Assembly (NCBI RefSeq): GCF_020969955.1
Contig: NZ_JAHDSX010000034.1
Coordinates: 1 to 25,598 of the forward strand
DNA from: Allobaculum fili
GTDB taxonomy: Bacteria; Bacillota_I; Bacilli_A; Erysipelotrichales; Erysipelotrichaceae
Direction of reading: 5' to 3'
Length of the DNA stretch: 25,598 nucleotides
The notes under the pieces were generated by a model. It did not search any database. It was not told the origin of the DNA and saw only the letters and a program-made list of their open reading frames with translations. Shown here piece after piece: positions 22,116 to 25,598 of the stretch (position 1 is the first letter of the stretch; every line of letters starts with the position of its first letter). Both the position numbers and the translations under genes were made by a program.

Positions 22116-22171
22116 AAAAATGCTGCTTTCAGCGGGCACCGTTGTCCTCGCGGGAAAGCAGCATTTTCAGT
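22116..22171. terminator. Shared hairpin terminator for the convergent thioesterase and sugar-transferase genes
   Basis: aaaaatgctgctttc (22116-30) pairs with gaaagcagcatttt (22154-67). The right arm lies inside the last codons of the minus-strand CDS. U-rich tails are present on both strands. Confidence 0.6.
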
Positions 22172-23490
22172 GTGCGTACGAGCAGCGTCAGGTCGAGCCA
22201 CGTACTCCAGTTGTGGTAGTAGTACGAATCGAGTTCGAGACGCCGTTCAAAATCGACATTGGAACGGCCATGGGTCTGCCACATGCCGGTAATGCCAGGC
22301 TTGGTCTGAATGATGTCCTCGTAATGGCCATCCATATCTTTCTGTTCTCTTGGAAGGTACGGACGCGGTCCGATCAGTGACATGTCGCCTTTAAGAACGT
22401 TGATAAACTGCGGAAACTCATCAACATTTTTTCTGCGCAGACGATCCCAGGCCGGAATGATGCGCGGATCGTGTTCGAGCTTCTTGTTCTTTTCATATTC
22501 TTCCCGCAGTTTCGGATCCTTTTTCAGCATGTCTTCGAGAACTTCATCCGCGTTCATGACCATGGAACGGTATTTGTAAATTTTAAAGAGCTTGCCGTCC
22601 TTGCCGATCCGCTCCTGCGAAAAGAAAATCGGCCCTTCATTATGGTATTTGCGGTTGACGTGCCAGACGTAAATCGTCATGGGAAGCAAAAGCAGCACGC
22701 CGGGAATGGCAGCCAGAATGTCGACCATGCGCTTGAACGCCTTCTGCGCCCACGTCATTTTTCCGCTGGCGGTGGAAATCATCAGCTGCCCGTCAAAATC
22801 ATCGATTGTCGTCGCAAAATTGATCTGCCCGTCCATGACGGGGATGTACTTGATTTTCTTGACGCATTTCTGAATGCGGTTCATCAGCTTTTTGAGCGCC
22901 GGGACCGGTACAAATTCATCGGCCACAATGACCGTTGAAATTTTCTTCTGGCGAATCTGGCTTTCGAGTTCGCTTAACGGGTAAATGCCGACCGACTTCT
23001 GGACGGCTTCGGGCAGCTCGATTTTTTCATCGGGCGAAAGACGGATAAAGCCACGCACGTCGAGCAGCGAAAAACGGTTGTGCTTGCAGACGTCGTAGAC
23101 ATTGGCCGCAATCTCGCCCGTGCCGACGATCAGAACGTTTTCCTTCACGAATTTCCAGAAGATCAGGTGGGCGTAGCGGTTGATAAGCAGCACGCCGATC
23201 AGACTCAGAACCAAATACAGAACAAGCCAGCCAAAACTTGCCCACGTCAGATCGCACAAGGAAAAGAGAAGCAGGTCAACCAGAAAAATTCCGATATACG
23301 CCTGCGCGATATAGCGGACTTCATCCCAGATAAGAAACGCCTTATGACGGTAGCGGCCGCAAATCCAGTTGATGATGATGTAGGCCAGAAGCATCTTGAC
23401 TTTCATCGGGCTGGTAAAGGGCAGAAAGAACACGAGAAAAAGATTCCAGAGGACTTCTGCGATCAGTTTGATTTTGCCAAGTCGGGTCAT
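22129..23490 (-). CDS. Polyprenyl-phosphate sugar-phosphate transferase (bacterial sugar transferase / WbaP-EpsE-type priming enzyme), 453 aa
   Basis: It has N-terminal TM helices plus a Rossmann-like linker (VLIVGTGEIA). The C-terminal catalytic domain reads KRMVDILAA...GPIFFSQERIGKDGKLFKIYKYRSM...DPRI...DEFPQFINVLKGDMSLIGPRP. I moved the start to the ATG at 23490 (MTRLGK...), preceded by AAAGGAAAG. Confidence 0.9.
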   Translation of the reverse strand: MTRLGKIKLIAEVLWNLFLVFFLPFTSPMKVKMLLAYIIINWICGRYRHKAFLIWDEVRYIAQAYIGIFLVDLLLFSLCDLTWASFGWLVLYLVLSLIGVLLINRYAHLIFWKFVKENVLIVGTGEIAANVYDVCKHNRFSLLDVRGFIRLSPDEKIELPEAVQKSVGIYPLSELESQIRQKKISTVIVADEFVPVPALKKLMNRIQKCVKKIKYIPVMDGQINFATTIDDFDGQLMISTASGKMTWAQKAFKRMVDILAAIPGVLLLLPMTIYVWHVNRKYHNEGPIFFSQERIGKDGKLFKIYKYRSMVMNADEVLEDMLKKDPKLREEYEKNKKLEHDPRIIPAWDRLRRKNVDEFPQFINVLKGDMSLIGPRPYLPREQKDMDGHYEDIIQTKPGITGMWQTHGRSNVDFERRLELDSYYYHNWSTWLDLTLLVRTLKMLLSREDNGAR

Positions 23491-23816
23491 CTTTTTCTTT
23501 CCTTTCTGTTCACGCAACTGCGTACATTCACACAGGCGTTTGCACGGGTATTTTCGCACGCCTTTCTGCTCGCATGCCCCCGGAAATCTGCGTTCCGGGC
23601 CGCAGGCCGGAGGGATTTACCTGTGTATTTTTTTAGTCTAGCCTGTCTATTTTCGCATGGCCAAATGTACAGACCATGCGGAATTGTCTATTATGTACTA
23701 TCATAACGTCGGTTTTTTCGCCTCGTTTTTAGATGCCCGGGCATTTCTGCCCGTCTAAGTTTTCCTCAGGTATATGGAAAAAGCAGAAAAAACTTTATTT
23801 TTACGGCGTTTCAGAG

Positions 23817-23844
23817 AGCTCGAACCGATTCGAGCTTTCTTTCT
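23817..23844 (+). promoter_or_regulatory. Terminator/attenuator-like hairpin in the leader of the flippase gene
   Basis: An 8-bp stem pairs agctcgaa (23817-24) with ttcgagct (23829-36) around the loop ccga, followed by ttctttct. It lies 76 nt upstream of the ATG at 23920. Confidence 0.35.
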
Positions 23845-23919
23845 ATGCGTTTGTGTGCCATCGGCTCACGGTGCATTCTGCACCATGTGCATCTGAAATT
23901 CTGAAGAAAGGATCCTTCC

Positions 23920-25374
23920 ATGTCGAAACGCGCTTCGAACCGGCCGTCCATCACGGTCAACTTCTTCATGAATTTCCTGCTCAACATTTCGTCCGTTCTG
24001 TTTCCGCTCATCACCTTCCCGTACGCCTCGCGCGTACTTGGTCCAGCCGGGACCGGCGCGGTCGCCATGGGAACCAGCTACGTTTCCTATTTCACTATGG
24101 CGGCTATGCTTGGCGTACCTGTCTACGGGGTGAGAGCGTGCGCGTCGGTACGGGATGATCCCGTCAGACTGTCCATGACTGTGCAGGAACTTCTCATTCT
24201 CAACCTGATCATGGGCGCCGTCGCCTACGGGGCTTTTTTCCTTTCGCTTATTCTCGTCCCGTCGCTTGCCAGCGAGCAGACGATGTACATCATCTGTTCC
24301 GCGGCGATTTTTCTGAACATCATCGGCATGAACTGGGTCTTCCAGGCGCTTGAACAGCTGACCTACATTTCGATGGCGGGCATGTTTTTCAAGGCGCTCG
24401 GTCTGGTCCTGCTGTTTCTGCTGGTGCATTCCGCCCATGATGTCAATCTGTACGCGGCGGTAACGGTCATCAGCTCCTTTGGCTCGGGCCTGATCAACTT
24501 CTGGTACCTTCGCAAACTGGTGCCTTTTAAAAAGCGGGGAAAATGGAACTTCCGTCAGCACTTCAGGCCGATGCTTCGTTTCTTTGCGATGGCCGTGGCT
24601 TCTTCCGTTTATACGAGTCTGGATGTCGTAATGCTCGGCTTCATGAAAGACAATACAGCCGTCGGCTACTACAACGCCTCGGTCAAGGTCAAAACCATTC
24701 TGGTGACGATGACCACTTCTCTTGGTACTGTACTGTTGCCGCGCCTTTCCTTTTATGCCCGGCATCATCAGATGAAAGGCTTCTGGAAACTCGTTTCGAA
24801 GGCCTTCTCCTTTGTCCTTCTCTTTTCCATTCCCTGCTGTCTCTTTTTCAGCAATATGGCCAAAGACGTCATCCTTCTGCTTTCGGGTGCGGAATTTCTT
24901 CCCGCCATTCCGGCGATGATCGTGCTCATGCCGACCATTTTGCTGATCGGACTGACCAATATTACCGGCATGCAGATTCTTGTCCCCCAGAACGAAGAAA
25001 AAACAGTCCTGTATTCCGTCATCGGCGGAGCGCTGGTCGATTTTCTTCTTAATCTGGCTCTGATCCCCTTGCTGGGCAGTACCGGTGCGGCGATTGGAAC
25101 GCTGGCTGCCGAAACGGCGGTACTGATCATTCAGTTTGCGCGGCTTCGCCGCCCGCTCAGGCGCCTGTCCCGGCGTATCGAATGGGGGCCGCTTCTTTGG
25201 GGCATGCTCTTTGCCTCGCCGGTTCTGCTGATCAGCTCTTCCCTTCTGAACGCGGGTCCGTTCTGGCGTCTGGCTGTCTGCGCCATTCTGTTTTTTGGCG
25301 TCTATGGCGTCGTGCTTCTGCTTCGCAGAGAATCCATTCTGATGCAGCTGCTTCGAAAGCTCATCGCCCGCTGA
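23920..25374 (+). CDS. Polysaccharide/oligosaccharide flippase of the MOP superfamily (Wzx-like), 484 aa
   Basis: It has about 12-14 TM helices. The N-terminus NFFMNFLLNISSVLFPLITFPYASRVLGPAGTG is typical of polysaccharide biosynthesis (Wzx/RfbX) proteins. The ribosome-binding site is AAAGGA plus 6 nt. Confidence 0.9.
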   Translation: MSKRASNRPSITVNFFMNFLLNISSVLFPLITFPYASRVLGPAGTGAVAMGTSYVSYFTMAAMLGVPVYGVRACASVRDDPVRLSMTVQELLILNLIMGAVAYGAFFLSLILVPSLASEQTMYIICSAAIFLNIIGMNWVFQALEQLTYISMAGMFFKALGLVLLFLLVHSAHDVNLYAAVTVISSFGSGLINFWYLRKLVPFKKRGKWNFRQHFRPMLRFFAMAVASSVYTSLDVVMLGFMKDNTAVGYYNASVKVKTILVTMTTSLGTVLLPRLSFYARHHQMKGFWKLVSKAFSFVLLFSIPCCLFFSNMAKDVILLLSGAEFLPAIPAMIVLMPTILLIGLTNITGMQILVPQNEEKTVLYSVIGGALVDFLLNLALIPLLGSTGAAIGTLAAETAVLIIQFARLRRPLRRLSRRIEWGPLLWGMLFASPVLLISSSLLNAGPFWRLAVCAILFFGVYGVVLLLRRESILMQLLRKLIAR

Positions 25375-25445
25375 TCCAGACGGATGCTGCTTTACCCGCT
25401 CCCAGTTTTGTTCTTTATCGAGAATTCCCTGTCGCGTATCCCCTT

Positions 25446-25471
25446 GTATCCTTTTTTTGTATCCTTTTTTT
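25446..25471. repeat. Perfect tandem 13-nt repeat gtatccttttttt x2 (a degenerate third copy lies at 25436-25445)
   Basis: Units 25446-25458 and 25459-25471 are identical. They lie about 70 nt downstream of the flippase stop codon. Confidence 0.85.
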
Positions 25472-25562
25472 CCAATGTCATTAAGTTAAGGAGGGATAAA
25501 AATCGTATACCCTGTTCATGAGCGTTGTCATTTCTTATATTTTGCGTCTCAGGCATGACGAA

Positions 25563-25597
25563 AAGGATGATTTTCTACCTGTTGAAAAAATCATCCT
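25563..25597. terminator. Strong hairpin at the right window edge, shaped like a minus-strand terminator
   Basis: An 11-bp perfect stem pairs aggatgatttt (25564-74) with aaaatcatcct (25587-97). On the minus strand it is followed by UUUUCGUC. The plus-strand continuation is outside the window. Confidence 0.4.
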
Positions 25598-25598
25598 G

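Noticed and set aside
25518-25598. A possible partial CDS starting at ATG 25518 (MSVVISYILRLRHDEKDDFLPVEKIIL...).
   Set aside because: The only ribosome-binding site is 23 nt upstream, and an 11-bp perfect hairpin occupies codons 16-27. Too little sequence is visible to decide, so I did not list it as a feature.

Overview
A 25.6-kb chromosomal segment of a roughly 52% GC Gram-positive (Bacillota-type) genome, judged from AGGAGG-type ribosome-binding sites, many stem-loop plus U-run terminators, and tRNA genes with encoded CCA. I saw no transposase, integrase, CRISPR array, rRNA or prophage signature. From left to right the window holds: (1) a 1547-aa secreted multidomain GH2 glycosidase on the minus strand; (2) a five-tRNA operon (Arg-ACG, Pro-GGG, Met, Ser-UGA, initiator fMet) with its own promoter and terminator; (3) a LysR regulator followed by a flavodoxin and a carboxymuconolactone-decarboxylase/cupin fusion; (4) a long minus-strand run containing a GT4 glycosyltransferase, a UPF0104/MprF-like membrane protein, a GT4::RecX fusion, the YhaM exoribonuclease, RimO, three tandem paralogous ~87-aa proteins of unknown family, a hypoxanthine/uracil-DNA-glycosylase-superfamily protein, dUTPase and a HAD-IIB phosphatase; (5) a 660-nt gene-free region with three terminator hairpins; (6) a membrane protein translationally coupled to a degenerate EIIA(Man)-like protein; (7) a PaaI thioesterase; and (8) the edge of a polysaccharide locus, with a priming sugar-phosphate transferase and a Wzx-type flippase transcribed divergently. 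The most unusual items are the glycolipid-synthase::RecX fusion coupled to yhaM, the triplicated small helical protein, the five-unit 16-nt repeat array in front of the fusion gene, the terminator-rich gene-free region with a 26-codon hydrophobic ORF, and the histidine-less EIIA-like protein. All family assignments come from motif recognition by eye. No database search was run.
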